Shown here in pieces: positions 49,308-58,658 of a DNA stretch of 64,000 nucleotides. Each line of letters opens with the position of its first letter. Position 1 is the stretch's first letter. The position numbers and the translations under genes were made by a program. The notes below the pieces were generated by a model. That model did not search any database and was not told the origin of the DNA. It saw nothing but the letters and a program-made list of their open reading frames with translations. The stretch lies in contig OZ224045.1 of NCBI GenBank assembly GCA_963665325.3, positions 1,376,001-1,440,000 on the forward strand, written 5' to 3'. The stretch comes from Alphaproteobacteria bacterium (GTDB taxonomy: Bacteria > Pseudomonadota > Alphaproteobacteria > Bin95).

Positions 49308-49856
49308 CTAGCGGTCGGTGCGTTCATTCAGGGTGGCGGCATTCTCGCGGTCTTCCTGTTTGGGGTTCGAGTCGGAGAGCTTGTCTTGAGAGGTCTGGCT
49401 CTCCGACTCCTCGAAAAGTGCTATGGCATCCGGAAGCGGTTTATCGACGAACCACCAAGCGTGGCGTCCATGCCATTTGACTGACTGAAAGCCACAGCCG
49501 CGCTTTGATAAGACGCTTGACAGGTTGACAGCGGGTTTTTCTCCGCCGACGCGAGCGCCAAATTGCGGCATGATTTCAATCAGTTCATGCACGGATAGGG
49601 GATAACCCTTCGCACCAAGGGCCATTCTCGCGCCTTCGAGCATCGTGACCTTCTTGGGCACAATATCTTGTGAAGTGGAAGTGAGTGCATTACTTGGCGT
49701 TGTGTCGTGCCGGAGTCCTAGGAGATCAGTGCGGGCTCTTCGAAGAATCGAAAGCTCACGGTAAAGCGGGCTTTCAGCGAGCTCCGCCTCAAGCTCCTTC
49801 ATCCTTCGCTCAATGGCTGCGAGTGTGTCATTCATAGGGACCACCATCTTTGGCAC
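49308..49856 (-). CDS. Coiled-coil + winged-helix (HARE-HTH-like) hypothetical protein
   Basis: IERRMKELEAELAE coiled coil; LEGARMALGAKGYPLSVHELIE...GGEKPAVNLSSVLSK wHTH-like pattern; start may be ATG 49835. Confidence 0.65.
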   Translation of the reverse strand: MPKMVVPMNDTLAAIERRMKELEAELAESPLYRELSILRRARTDLLGLRHDTTPSNALTSTSQDIVPKKVTMLEGARMALGAKGYPLSVHELIEIMPQFGARVGGEKPAVNLSSVLSKRGCGFQSVKWHGRHAWWFVDKPLPDAIALFEESESQTSQDKLSDSNPKQEDRENAATLNERTDR

Positions 49857-49867
49857 TTGAATGGCAT

Positions 49868-49896
49868 ATTATCGGCATCAACAATGGTCGTGTCAA
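49868..49896 (-). promoter_or_regulatory. sigma70 promoter TTGACA-N17-GATAAT
   Basis: Near-consensus hexamers with a 17-nt spacer, just upstream of the wHTH ORF and tRNA. Confidence 0.65.
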
Positions 49897-50111
49897 TGGG
49901 GAGTGAAGACCAATGGCAAGATTTTTCATTGTCGACAGAAGGTTGCGGAGAAGCCACCCTACACACGCTATGTGACGCGAGAAATGTGAAAATCTGTACC
50001 TTGCAGGCCGGGTCAAAGCAGAATTTCCGCCAACGCTCGGGCCTATGACAGCGGCACGCCCCGGTTTACACTGCTCACCCGGCGCGTCCGGGAAAGGAAG
50101 CCTTCCGAGCC

Positions 50112-51101
50112 ATGGCCCTCGATGCAATTCCGGCGATCGATCTCGGACCCTGGCGGTCCGGCAGTGCCGCCGGCAGGCGGGAGGTGGCCGAGCGGGTTGC
50201 CTGGGCGTGCGAGAATATCGGCTTCCTGATCGTCAGCGGTCATGGCATTCCCCAGGAGGTGATCGACCGCGCCTTTTCGGTCTCGCGGACGTTCTTCGAC
50301 CTGCCGCCCGGGGAAAAGTCGCGCTTCATGCCGGAAGACGGCGTGGCGCCGCGCGGCTACCACGCCGTCGCGACGCGCAATCTGGCGCGCACGCTGGGGC
50401 AGGAGACGCCGCCTGACCTCCGGGAGCAGTTCTTCATCGGCCCGCTTGTCCCGCCCGCGGACCGGTTCGCCCATATTCCGGGCGCGCCCCTGTTCTATTC
50501 CGGCAATATCTGGCCGGCGCATCCCGTCGCCTACCGGGAAGCCCTGACGGAGTTCTACTGCGCGTTCGAAGCCCTGGCCGAGCGCCTGATGGGGATTTTC
50601 GCGGTGGCGCTCGGGCTGCCGGAGGACTTCTTCGACGACAAGATCGACGAGCATTTCAGCACCTGCCCGTCGAACCACTATCCCGTCATCGAGGACGACC
50701 CGCAGCCGGGCCAGCTCCGCTGCGGGGCGCATACCGATTTCGGCAGCCTGACGATCCTCGCCTTCAACGACGCGCCGGGCGGCCTGCAGGCGCTGATGCC
50801 GGACGGCTCCTGGCTCGACGTGCGGCCGGGGCCGGGGCAGTTGGCGGTCAATCTGGGCGACATGATGCAGCGCTGGACCAACGACCGCTGGAAATCCACC
50901 GTCCACCGCGTCGTCAACCCGCCGGAGGAGCGGCGGACGGAAAGCCGGCGCCAGACCATCGGCTATTTCCTGCACCCGAATTACGACGCCGAGATCGCCT
51001 GCCTGGATAGCTGTTGCGGCGCTGGCAACCCGGCGAAATACCCGCCGATCATGGCCGGCGACCACATGCGCGAGAAAATGGAACGCCGGATCGACGGATA
51101 G
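50112..51101 (+). CDS. 2OG-Fe(II) oxygenase (isopenicillin N synthase-like)
   Basis: GAHTDFGSLTIL, VNLGDMMQRWTND, STVHRV. Confidence 0.9.
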   Translation: MALDAIPAIDLGPWRSGSAAGRREVAERVAWACENIGFLIVSGHGIPQEVIDRAFSVSRTFFDLPPGEKSRFMPEDGVAPRGYHAVATRNLARTLGQETPPDLREQFFIGPLVPPADRFAHIPGAPLFYSGNIWPAHPVAYREALTEFYCAFEALAERLMGIFAVALGLPEDFFDDKIDEHFSTCPSNHYPVIEDDPQPGQLRCGAHTDFGSLTILAFNDAPGGLQALMPDGSWLDVRPGPGQLAVNLGDMMQRWTNDRWKSTVHRVVNPPEERRTESRRQTIGYFLHPNYDAEIACLDSCCGAGNPAKYPPIMAGDHMREKMERRIDG

Positions 51102-51439
51102 CCCGCATTTCTCACCAGGGTCATGGTCTGCGCGGTGCTGTCGGGCCGGCAGGGTAGGAGAGACGCGCAGCGCATCGTGCGTTGACGCGCGTGGGCGCAC
51201 GGAGCGGGGCATCGGGCAAGCGGATCGACGCACCCTGCCGGCCCGACAGCGCCGCCCTTCGGGTCGCGTCCAGGCGTCCGCCCGCGGCGGCGTAAACGCC
51301 GCCATCCAAACAAACTGCCGCGTTGCGCGCGGCGTCGCGGGCCTCAACCGTAGACTGTGCTACGCTCTTCGGCCCAACTCCTTGCGGAGCGAACGCCTGG
51401 ACAGCGACGCAGGCTGTGACCCTGGTGAGAAATGCGGGC
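51101..51439. mobile_element. MITE-like element, copy 2 (TA-flanked)
   Basis: TIRs GCCCGCATTTCTCACCAGGGTCA and TGACCCTGGTGAGAAATGCGGGC. Confidence 0.85.
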
Positions 51440-51459
51440 TAGGCGGAGGCGAGGCGGAC

Positions 51460-52353
51460 ATAGCGGACATCTCGACCCTCGGATTCATCGGGCTCGGCGC
51501 CATGGGTGGACCCATGTGCCGGAACCTTGTGCAGCGCGCCGGCCTGCCGGTCATCGTCCACGATACCGACCTCGAGGCGCGCGCCCGGTGTGTCCTGCAA
51601 GGGAGCGTCGCGACCGACGATCCGGGGCGCGTCGCGCGCGAGTGCAACATCGTCTTCCTGTCGCTGCCGGGCGCTGCCGAGGTTCGCCGCATCTGCCTGG
51701 GCGCAGACGGGCTGCTGGCCCATGCGTGCCCCGGCGATACCGTCGTCGATTGTAGCACGGTGCCGCTGGCGCTCACCCGCGAGTTCGCGGCCACCTTCGC
51801 CGACAAGGGCGCGCGCTATGTCGATGCCCCGGTCGCCGGCACCGTGCAATCGGTCGCCGAGCGGGACATCAGCATCATGGTCGGGGCGGACGAGCGGACA
51901 TTCGCCCGGCTGGAGCCGCTGCTGGATTGCATGGCCCGGACGGTCCAGCATTGCGGCGAGAGCGGGAGCGGCACGGTAACGAAGCTCTTGCTGAACATGG
52001 TGCTTGCCCAGTCGGTCACCGCACTCGCCGAGGCGCTGCTGCTCGGCCGCCGGGCGGGCGTGGACGGCACACGGCTGTTCGAGGCCTTCCGCAACGGGTG
52101 CGACAGCTTTGCGCTCAGGCAGCATGGCATGACGGCCCTGTTGCCGGGCTGCTTTCCCGAAGGCAGGTTCCCGACCCGCTACATGCTGAAGGACCTCGAC
52201 TACGTGATGGAGCTGAAGGAGTCGCTGGGGATGACGCTCGGGGGCATGGACGCGACCCACGGCCTGCTGGAGCGCGCCGCCGCTGCGGGCCTCGGCGATG
52301 CCTACTGGCCTTCGCTGATCGAGGTCATCGACGGGGGGAAGGAATGCAAATAG
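51460..52353 (+). CDS. NAD(P)-dependent 3-hydroxyisobutyrate dehydrogenase-family oxidoreductase (apparent start codon is ATA)
   Basis: GFIGLGAMG, VDAPVAG, KLLLN, KDLDY. Confidence 0.75.
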   Translation: MADISTLGFIGLGAMGGPMCRNLVQRAGLPVIVHDTDLEARARCVLQGSVATDDPGRVARECNIVFLSLPGAAEVRRICLGADGLLAHACPGDTVVDCSTVPLALTREFAATFADKGARYVDAPVAGTVQSVAERDISIMVGADERTFARLEPLLDCMARTVQHCGESGSGTVTKLLLNMVLAQSVTALAEALLLGRRAGVDGTRLFEAFRNGCDSFALRQHGMTALLPGCFPEGRFPTRYMLKDLDYVMELKESLGMTLGGMDATHGLLERAAAAGLGDAYWPSLIEVIDGGKECK

Positions 52354-53489
52354 CGGACAGTGCGCCTGTGGACGGCCATTGCGACCGGCGTTTCGCCGGC
52401 ATCGCCGATGCGTTCGCGGAAAACTTCCGCACCCGCGGCGAGGCCGGCGCTGCCGTTGCCGTCACCCTGAACAGCGAGCCGGTCGTCGATCTTTGGGGCG
52501 GCTTCGCCGACAGCGCCCGCACGCGCCCCTGGGCGGAGGACACGCTGGTCTGCATGATGTCGGTCGCCAAGGCGGTGACGGCCTTGTGCGCCGCGATGGC
52601 CGTGGACCGCGGGCTGATCGGCTGGGACGAGCCGGTGGCGCGCTACTGGCCTGAATTCGCTGCTGGCGGCAAAGGCGATATCCCGGTCCGGTGGGTTCTC
52701 GACCACCGCGCGGGGCTGGCGGCCATCGCGCAGGCCATGCCCGAAGGCGCGGCCTACGATTGGCAGGCGATGACCGGCGCGCTGGCGGCGCAGGCGCCCC
52801 TGTCGCCGCCGGGCGAGGCGCGCGCCTACCATTCCGTCACGCTGGGTTACCTGGTCGGCGAGCTGATAAGGCGAACGGACGGCAGGAGCCTCGGGCGTTT
52901 CCTTGCCGAGGAGGTCTGCGGGCCGCACGGTATCGACTACTGGATCGGCCTGCCGCCGGAGCTGCACGGGCGGTGCGCGGAGTTCTTCGGCGAGACCAAG
53001 GGCACGCTGTTCGACCGCTCGGAGCCGGACTCCCTGAAGTGCCGGGCGATGGCGCAGGTGCCGCCCGAGGACTTCAACACCGAGAGGTTTCGCAACGCGG
53101 AAATCCCGTCGATCAATGGCATCGGCACCGCGCGGGGCGTCGCCAGGCTGTTCGACGGCCTCGCTGCCGGCGGCGTCCTCGACGGCCGGCGCCTGCTGAG
53201 TGCGGATGTGCTGGCGGAAGCCACCAAGGAACAGTGGTATGGCGGGGAGGACCTGCTCGGACACACGCGGCGCATGGGCCTCGGCTTCGCGCTCGGCCTG
53301 CCGGGGCACCTCGCCATGGGACCCAGCCCGCGCGCTTTCGGCCACACCGGCGCGGGCGGCGCCATCGGCTTCGCGGACCCGGACGCCGGCCTCGGCTTCG
53401 CCTACGCGCCCAACCGCATGTATTCCGCCCCCGGCATCAGCCCGCGCCTCAGCGCGCTGGTCGATGCGCTGTATGCAGCGCTTGCATGA
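52344..53489 (+). CDS. Serine hydrolase (beta-lactamase-family esterase)
   Basis: SVAK (SxxK), HRAGL, AYHSVTLG, FGHTGAGG. Confidence 0.88.
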   Translation: MQIADSAPVDGHCDRRFAGIADAFAENFRTRGEAGAAVAVTLNSEPVVDLWGGFADSARTRPWAEDTLVCMMSVAKAVTALCAAMAVDRGLIGWDEPVARYWPEFAAGGKGDIPVRWVLDHRAGLAAIAQAMPEGAAYDWQAMTGALAAQAPLSPPGEARAYHSVTLGYLVGELIRRTDGRSLGRFLAEEVCGPHGIDYWIGLPPELHGRCAEFFGETKGTLFDRSEPDSLKCRAMAQVPPEDFNTERFRNAEIPSINGIGTARGVARLFDGLAAGGVLDGRRLLSADVLAEATKEQWYGGEDLLGHTRRMGLGFALGLPGHLAMGPSPRAFGHTGAGGAIGFADPDAGLGFAYAPNRMYSAPGISPRLSALVDALYAALA

Positions 53490-53504
53490 ATTGCGGGGGC
53501 GGAG

Positions 53505-53518
53505 TGGCTCCGCTGGTA
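53505..53518 (-). repeat. att-like duplicate of the tRNA-Asn 3' end
   Basis: TGGCTCCGCTGGTA versus TGGCTCCGCGGGTA at 54384-54397 (13/14). Confidence 0.6.
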
Positions 53519-53649
53519 TCCTCCAGAGGATTGCAAGCCGAAGTAGGGACGCGGCGAGATAAGGGAGCATAGATGGCGCGAATAATGGACATATGAGATT
53601 GACACACTCCTCAGGGATGCGGAGGATGCTCATCGTCAGAGAGGGTTCA

Positions 53650-54303
53650 ATGATTATATTTCAAGGCAGTTGTCCGCACTGCGGAACAAAGAGTGTTGCA
53701 TTTGAAATCATCTACGAACACAAAGTATCAAGATCGACGTCTGTTCATTGGGACACGTTGGCGAGTTGTGGCCAGTGTAACCGAGGAGTCCTCGCTACTT
53801 TCTTGTCTGGAAATGGTCACAAACCAAGCGAATGTTTGCAAAACGGTTGGACTGATCTCTTATCCCCTCCTTATTTGTCTCCGGCACCCCCAGACACTGG
53901 AGCGCCGAAACACACTCCTCCCAATGTGGCTCACTTCTATCGGCAAGGAATGGACAATTTAGGCGGAAACTGGGACGCTGCCGGAATGACCTTTCGTAAG
54001 GCGTTAGACGTAGGCCTTAAGTTCAAATTTCCCGAAGATAGCAATGTATCATTATTTGAGCGGATTAAACGCGCTTCTAAACGGCACGATTTGACACCCG
54101 ATCTGGCGGAATGGGCACATCAGATTCGCTTAGACGGCAACGATGCGGCTCATGAAGAGGAGCCGTTTTCCAAAGAGGATGCGGCGCGTTTGCAGATTTT
54201 CACAAGCTTGGTGTTTCAATACTTGTTCACCTTGCCGGGCATGATGCAAGAAGCACGAGGGGCCGAGATCAGCACAGGTGGGCAGCCAGCTGATGGGACC
54301 TAG
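53650..54303 (+). CDS. Zn-ribbon + DUF4145 (HEPN-like) protein
   Basis: CPHC and CGQC pairs, FRKALD, IRLDGNDAAH, YLFTLPG; low GC. Confidence 0.8.
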   Translation: MIIFQGSCPHCGTKSVAFEIIYEHKVSRSTSVHWDTLASCGQCNRGVLATFLSGNGHKPSECLQNGWTDLLSPPYLSPAPPDTGAPKHTPPNVAHFYRQGMDNLGGNWDAAGMTFRKALDVGLKFKFPEDSNVSLFERIKRASKRHDLTPDLAEWAHQIRLDGNDAAHEEEPFSKEDAARLQIFTSLVFQYLFTLPGMMQEARGAEISTGGQPADGT

Positions 54304-54383
54304 TACCACGCTAAGGCTGGGAACAGAAATCGGACTTGTTTTCGTATCTCATCTCACCCAACCCATTGGAAAATAAGGAAAGA

Positions 54384-54458
54384 TGGCTCCGCGGGTAGGA
54401 TTCGAACCTACGACCAATCGGTTAACAGCCGACCGCTCTACCACTGAGCTACCGCGGA
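54384..54458 (-). tRNA. tRNA-Asn(GTT)
   Basis: Canonical cloverleaf, anticodon loop CTGTTAA, encoded CCA. Confidence 0.96.
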
Positions 54459-54511
54459 ACAGACCCGAACGGGCGCCCTTATAGCGGCCCTTTGCGAGCT
54501 TGGCGAGGGCC

Positions 54512-54585
54512 TGGAGGCGCGGACCGGATTCGAACCGGTGTAAGCGGATTTGCAGTCCGATGGATAGCCACTCTCCCACCGCGCC
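54512..54585 (-). tRNA. tRNA-Cys(GCA)
   Basis: Cloverleaf, anticodon loop CTGCAAA, U73, encoded CCA. Confidence 0.95.
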
Positions 54586-54672
54586 GCCGGGTGCTGGACA
54601 TAAGCCGGAAGCCCGGCGCGGTCAATGCGCGCCGGGCGGTCGCTGCTCGGGACGAGGGAGTCGGCCCCCTGC

Positions 54673-54701
54673 GTCACCCCGGCCCCCGAGCCGGGGTCCA
54701 T
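54673..54701 (+). repeat. REP-like palindrome
   Basis: GTCACCCCGGCCCCCGAGCCGGGGTCCAT. Confidence 0.5.
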
Positions 54702-54805
54702 CCCGCCTCCCTGTTCCCCGCCGAGTTCTTGATCCGGCTTCACCTTGAGCCGTTCGATGCGCTTCAGTAAGGTGCCTCGTTTCATTCTACGCGCGTACAA
54801 ACCTC

Positions 54806-56434
54806 ATGCAGTGGTTGATCCCGCAGCCCTCCGGCGATCCTCTGGCGGTCGAACTCGAAGCCGGTAAGCAAATCTTCGTCGTCGGGCCCAACGGCTCCGG
54901 CAAGTCGGCTCTCCTGCAGCATCTCGCCGCGTCCTCCAGTGAGGGCAAGATCAGACGCATCTTCGCGCACCGCCAGACGTGGCTGAATTCCGGCAGCCTC
55001 ACACTTACCCCCGAGAGTCGGCGTCAGTTCGAAGGCAACAGGCGCAGGTACGAGACCGCCCGAGACTCCCTCTGGAGAGACCACACGGGAGCCCAGACCC
55101 ATGCGGCCGTCCTCTTCGACCTCGTGGCCGCCGAGAACAAGCGGGCCCGCTCAATCGCGAAGTATATGGAGAACGGCAGGATCGAGTGTGCCGAAAAGAC
55201 CGCCAACATTGCCTCCCCGTTCACGCGGCTGAACGACCTTCTGGCACTGGGCACACTCCAAGTCTCGCTAGACAACTCAGACGACGTCGAGATCGTGGCG
55301 CGCAAGGGTCCCGGTCCAACTTTCGGCATCGAGAGGATGTCCGACGGCGAACGCAATGCCGTCATCATGGCGGCCACCGTGCTGACGGTCGACCCGGGGA
55401 CCACGCTATTGATTGATGAGCCGGAGCGCCACTTGCACCGTGCCATCATCGCCCCGTTCCTTTCCGCCCTGTTCGAGCAGCGACAGGACTGCGCGTTCGT
55501 CGTCTCCACCCATGAGCTGTTCCTGCCCGTCGAGAATCCGGATGCCCGCGTGCTGATGACGCGCTCTTGCACTTGGGCGGGGGACAACCCTCAAGCCTGG
55601 AAGCTCGAGCTGCTCGCGCAACCCGCCGAATTGCCCGAGGAACTGCGGCTCGCCGTCCTGGGCGCCAGGAGCCGCGTGCTGTTCGTCGAAGGTTCGTCGT
55701 CCAGCCTCGACCTGCCGCTATACGACACCCTTTTCCCCGGATTGTCGGTCTCGCCCCGCGGGAATTGCGTCGACGTCGAGCGGGCCGTGCGCGGTCTGCG
55801 CGCCACCGCGGATCGACATCATGTTGAGGCTTACGGCGTCGTCGATCAGGACGACCGCGATGACGCAGCGGTTGAGAAACTCGCTATGGAGGGCATTTTC
55901 GCGCTGGCAGTGCGATCCGTCGAGTCGCTGTACTACTGTTCCGATGCCATGCAGGCCATCGCGCGACACCAGGCGGACTCCATGGGTCTCGACGCCGAGA
56001 AGCTGGCGGCGTCAGCGAAGCGGGACGCCCTCTCCGCGCTTGAGCAGGAGGAGGTCATTGAGCGGATGGCCGCGCGCCGGTGCGAGCGGCGCATGCGCGA
56101 CACTGCCCTCAGCCAGCTGCCGGACTGGAAGACCATCCGATCCGCAACCGGCCCGACCATCAACCTGCATGTCCCGTCCGCCTACGCTGACGAGGTCGCC
56201 CAGTTCCGGCAACTTCTGGCAGACAAGGACTTCGATGCGCTCGTCGCACGGTATCCGCTACGCGAGACCAAGGCTTTCGATGTGATCGCCAAGGCCCTTA
56301 AATGCGCCTCGACGCGTGATTACCAGCAGATGGTTGCGGTACGCACCGCCAAAGACGACACGTTGGCGACTGCTCTGACGAGTCGCCTCCAACCATTGGC
56401 GGATGCGATCGCTCCCGCCATGGTTGGGTCGTAG
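54806..56434 (+). CDS. ABC/AAA ATPase fused to a TOPRIM-like (DUF4435-like) domain; PARIS-like
   Basis: GPNGSGKS, MSDGER, LIDEPERHLH, VSTH; C-terminal VLFVEG...D and GVVDQD. Confidence 0.72.
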   Translation: MQWLIPQPSGDPLAVELEAGKQIFVVGPNGSGKSALLQHLAASSSEGKIRRIFAHRQTWLNSGSLTLTPESRRQFEGNRRRYETARDSLWRDHTGAQTHAAVLFDLVAAENKRARSIAKYMENGRIECAEKTANIASPFTRLNDLLALGTLQVSLDNSDDVEIVARKGPGPTFGIERMSDGERNAVIMAATVLTVDPGTTLLIDEPERHLHRAIIAPFLSALFEQRQDCAFVVSTHELFLPVENPDARVLMTRSCTWAGDNPQAWKLELLAQPAELPEELRLAVLGARSRVLFVEGSSSSLDLPLYDTLFPGLSVSPRGNCVDVERAVRGLRATADRHHVEAYGVVDQDDRDDAAVEKLAMEGIFALAVRSVESLYYCSDAMQAIARHQADSMGLDAEKLAASAKRDALSALEQEEVIERMAARRCERRMRDTALSQLPDWKTIRSATGPTINLHVPSAYADEVAQFRQLLADKDFDALVARYPLRETKAFDVIAKALKCASTRDYQQMVAVRTAKDDTLATALTSRLQPLADAIAPAMVGS

Positions 56435-56535
56435 GATCGGCCAACCGCAAGCATTAACGAGAACAATGACCACCGCCTGCCCTTGCGCACCAGCGGGGAA
56501 GCCGGGGCTTCCCTCCAATGCCGCCCCTGCCACGC

Positions 56536-56560
56536 GAGGCCCCGCCTTCGCGGGGGCGAC
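56536..56560 (-). repeat. REP-like palindrome
   Basis: Reverse complement GTCGCCCCCGCGAAGGCGGGGCCTC. Confidence 0.5.
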
Positions 56561-56638
56561 GGCTTCATGCGGCGTTGACGGCGGAAGCGGCGCCGGCCCA
56601 GACTGGCGCGCGAAGGCAGCGGGGGAGAGTCTGCGCCC

Positions 56639-57796
56639 ATGAGCTACGAGAAGCCCTATGCGGGACTGCGCGTCGTCGATCTGAGCCAGGGGATTGCCGG
56701 GCCCTACTGCGCGATGCTGCTGGCGCAATACGGCGCCGATGTCGTTAAGGTCGAGCCGCCGGAAGGGGACTGGTCGCGTGTGCTGGGACCACGCTACGGC
56801 AGCCACACCGCCTTCTCCGTCATCGGCAATCTCGGCAAGCGCAGCATCGTGCTGGACCTCAAGCAGGCGGAAGACAAGGAAAAGCTGCGCCGGCTGGCGG
56901 GCACGGCGGATGTTTTCATGGAGGGTTTCCGTCCGGGCGTGGCCGCGCGGCTCGGCTTCGGCTTTGAGGCGGTGAAGGCGCTGGCGCCGGGCATTATCTA
57001 TGTCTCGGTCTCGGGCTTCGGGCAGACCGGTCCGCTCAGCGCCAAGCCGGCGATGGACCCGGTGCTGCAGGCGTTCACCGGCTTCACGCTCGACAACAAG
57101 GGCCATGACGGCATCCCGCACCGGGCCAACCCGGTCATCGTGGACATGTCCACCGCGCTTTACACCCACCAGGCCGTGGCTGCCGCCATCTATGCGCGCC
57201 GGGACGATGCGCGCGCGCGGTTTATCGATTCCAGCCTGATGGCGGCCGCGGCCAACCTCCAGGCGGTCAGGATGTGTGCGACCGTGATGGAGGGCGGGAC
57301 CATGCCCATAGCGACCTCGCCTTCCGGCGTGTTCCGGACGGCCGACGGCTGGCTGCACCTCGTCGTTCTGAAGAACAGCGACTTCCAGGCGCTTTGCGGG
57401 CTGATCGACCGACCCGACCTTGCAGCCGACCCGCGTTTCGCCGGGCCGGCGGGACGGGCGGCCCATGCGGAAGAGTTGAACGCCGCAGTCGCGGAGCATG
57501 TCGAGGCGCAACCGACCGCATACTGGCAGGCCTGCCTGACGGAAGCCGGCCTCCAGAACGAGGCCGCACAGGACTACGCGCAGTTCACCGCGCATCCGCA
57601 CACGGAAGCGACCGGCCTGATTTCCCGGTTGGCGCAGCCGGGCGGAGACCGCATCTGGCCGGTTCCGAACCCCGCCGGCGCGCCGCCGCTGGTTTCGGGC
57701 ACGCCGGAGGCCACCGCGCCCGAGCTCGGCCAGCACACGGAAGAAGTGCTGCTGGAATTGGAGGAATCGGCCGCCGCCGCCGCCGCCGAGGAGTGA
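56639..57796 (+). CDS. CaiB/BaiF family III CoA-transferase
   Basis: GLRVVDLSQGIAGP, GADVVKVEPPEGD, FRPGV, APELGQHT. Confidence 0.9.
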   Translation: MSYEKPYAGLRVVDLSQGIAGPYCAMLLAQYGADVVKVEPPEGDWSRVLGPRYGSHTAFSVIGNLGKRSIVLDLKQAEDKEKLRRLAGTADVFMEGFRPGVAARLGFGFEAVKALAPGIIYVSVSGFGQTGPLSAKPAMDPVLQAFTGFTLDNKGHDGIPHRANPVIVDMSTALYTHQAVAAAIYARRDDARARFIDSSLMAAAANLQAVRMCATVMEGGTMPIATSPSGVFRTADGWLHLVVLKNSDFQALCGLIDRPDLAADPRFAGPAGRAAHAEELNAAVAEHVEAQPTAYWQACLTEAGLQNEAAQDYAQFTAHPHTEATGLISRLAQPGGDRIWPVPNPAGAPPLVSGTPEATAPELGQHTEEVLLELEESAAAAAAEE

Positions 57797-57887
57797 GGCT
57801 CTACGCCGGGCGTTGTCGGCGCCGGGCGCATCTGCTAAAGGCTGCCCCCGCAGGCGGTCCCGGGGCCGCCCTGGCGGGGGGACAGCA

Positions 57888-58658
57888 TTGAGCCAGCCGG
57901 TTCTCGAGGTCCGCGATGTTGCGGTGCATTTCGGCGGTATCGTGGCGCTGGACGGCGTGTCCTTCGACATTCCGAAGGACCTGATCGTCGGCCTGATCGG
58001 TCCGAACGGCGCCGGCAAGACGACGCTCTTCAACTGCCTCTCCCGGCTCTACACGCCGAATGCGGGCGAAATCCTGTTCAAGGGCAAATCCCTTCTGGGC
58101 CTGGCGCCGAACCGCATCGCCTCGCTCGGCATCGGCCGCACCTTCCAGAACCTGGCACTCTTCCCGACGCTTTCGGTGCTCGACAACGTCATGATCGGCG
58201 GCCATTCCCGCACCGGAAGCGACTTCGTCTCCAACGCCTTCCGCCTGCCGTGGGTCCGCCGGGAGGAAGCGGAGCTGATGGCCCGCGCGCTGGAGTCGAT
58301 CGAGTTCATGGAGCTGACGGAGTTCACGCACACGCCAGTCGGCGGGCTGCCCTTCGGCTACCAGAAGCGGGTTGAACTGGCGCGCGCGCTCGCCAGCGAG
58401 CCGGAACTGCTGCTGCTCGACGAGCCGGCGGGCGGCCTCAACCACGAGGAACTCGACCACCTGATGCAGCAGATCCGCCAGATACGGGACGACCGCGGCG
58501 TCACCGTGCTGCTGGTCGAGCACCATATGAGCCTGGTCATGCAGGTATCGGACAAGGTCGTGGCCATAGACTTTGGGCGCAAGATCGCCGACGGCACCCC
58601 GGAAGAGGTGCAGCGCGACCCCAAGGTCATCGAAGCCTATCTCGGGACGGCGCACTGA
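57888..58658 (+). CDS. Branched-chain amino acid-type ABC ATPase (LivG-like)
   Basis: GPNGAGKTT, RTFQN, LDEPAGG, VIEAYLG; TTG start inferred. Confidence 0.88.
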   Translation: MSQPVLEVRDVAVHFGGIVALDGVSFDIPKDLIVGLIGPNGAGKTTLFNCLSRLYTPNAGEILFKGKSLLGLAPNRIASLGIGRTFQNLALFPTLSVLDNVMIGGHSRTGSDFVSNAFRLPWVRREEAELMARALESIEFMELTEFTHTPVGGLPFGYQKRVELARALASEPELLLLDEPAGGLNHEELDHLMQQIRQIRDDRGVTVLLVEHHMSLVMQVSDKVVAIDFGRKIADGTPEEVQRDPKVIEAYLGTAH

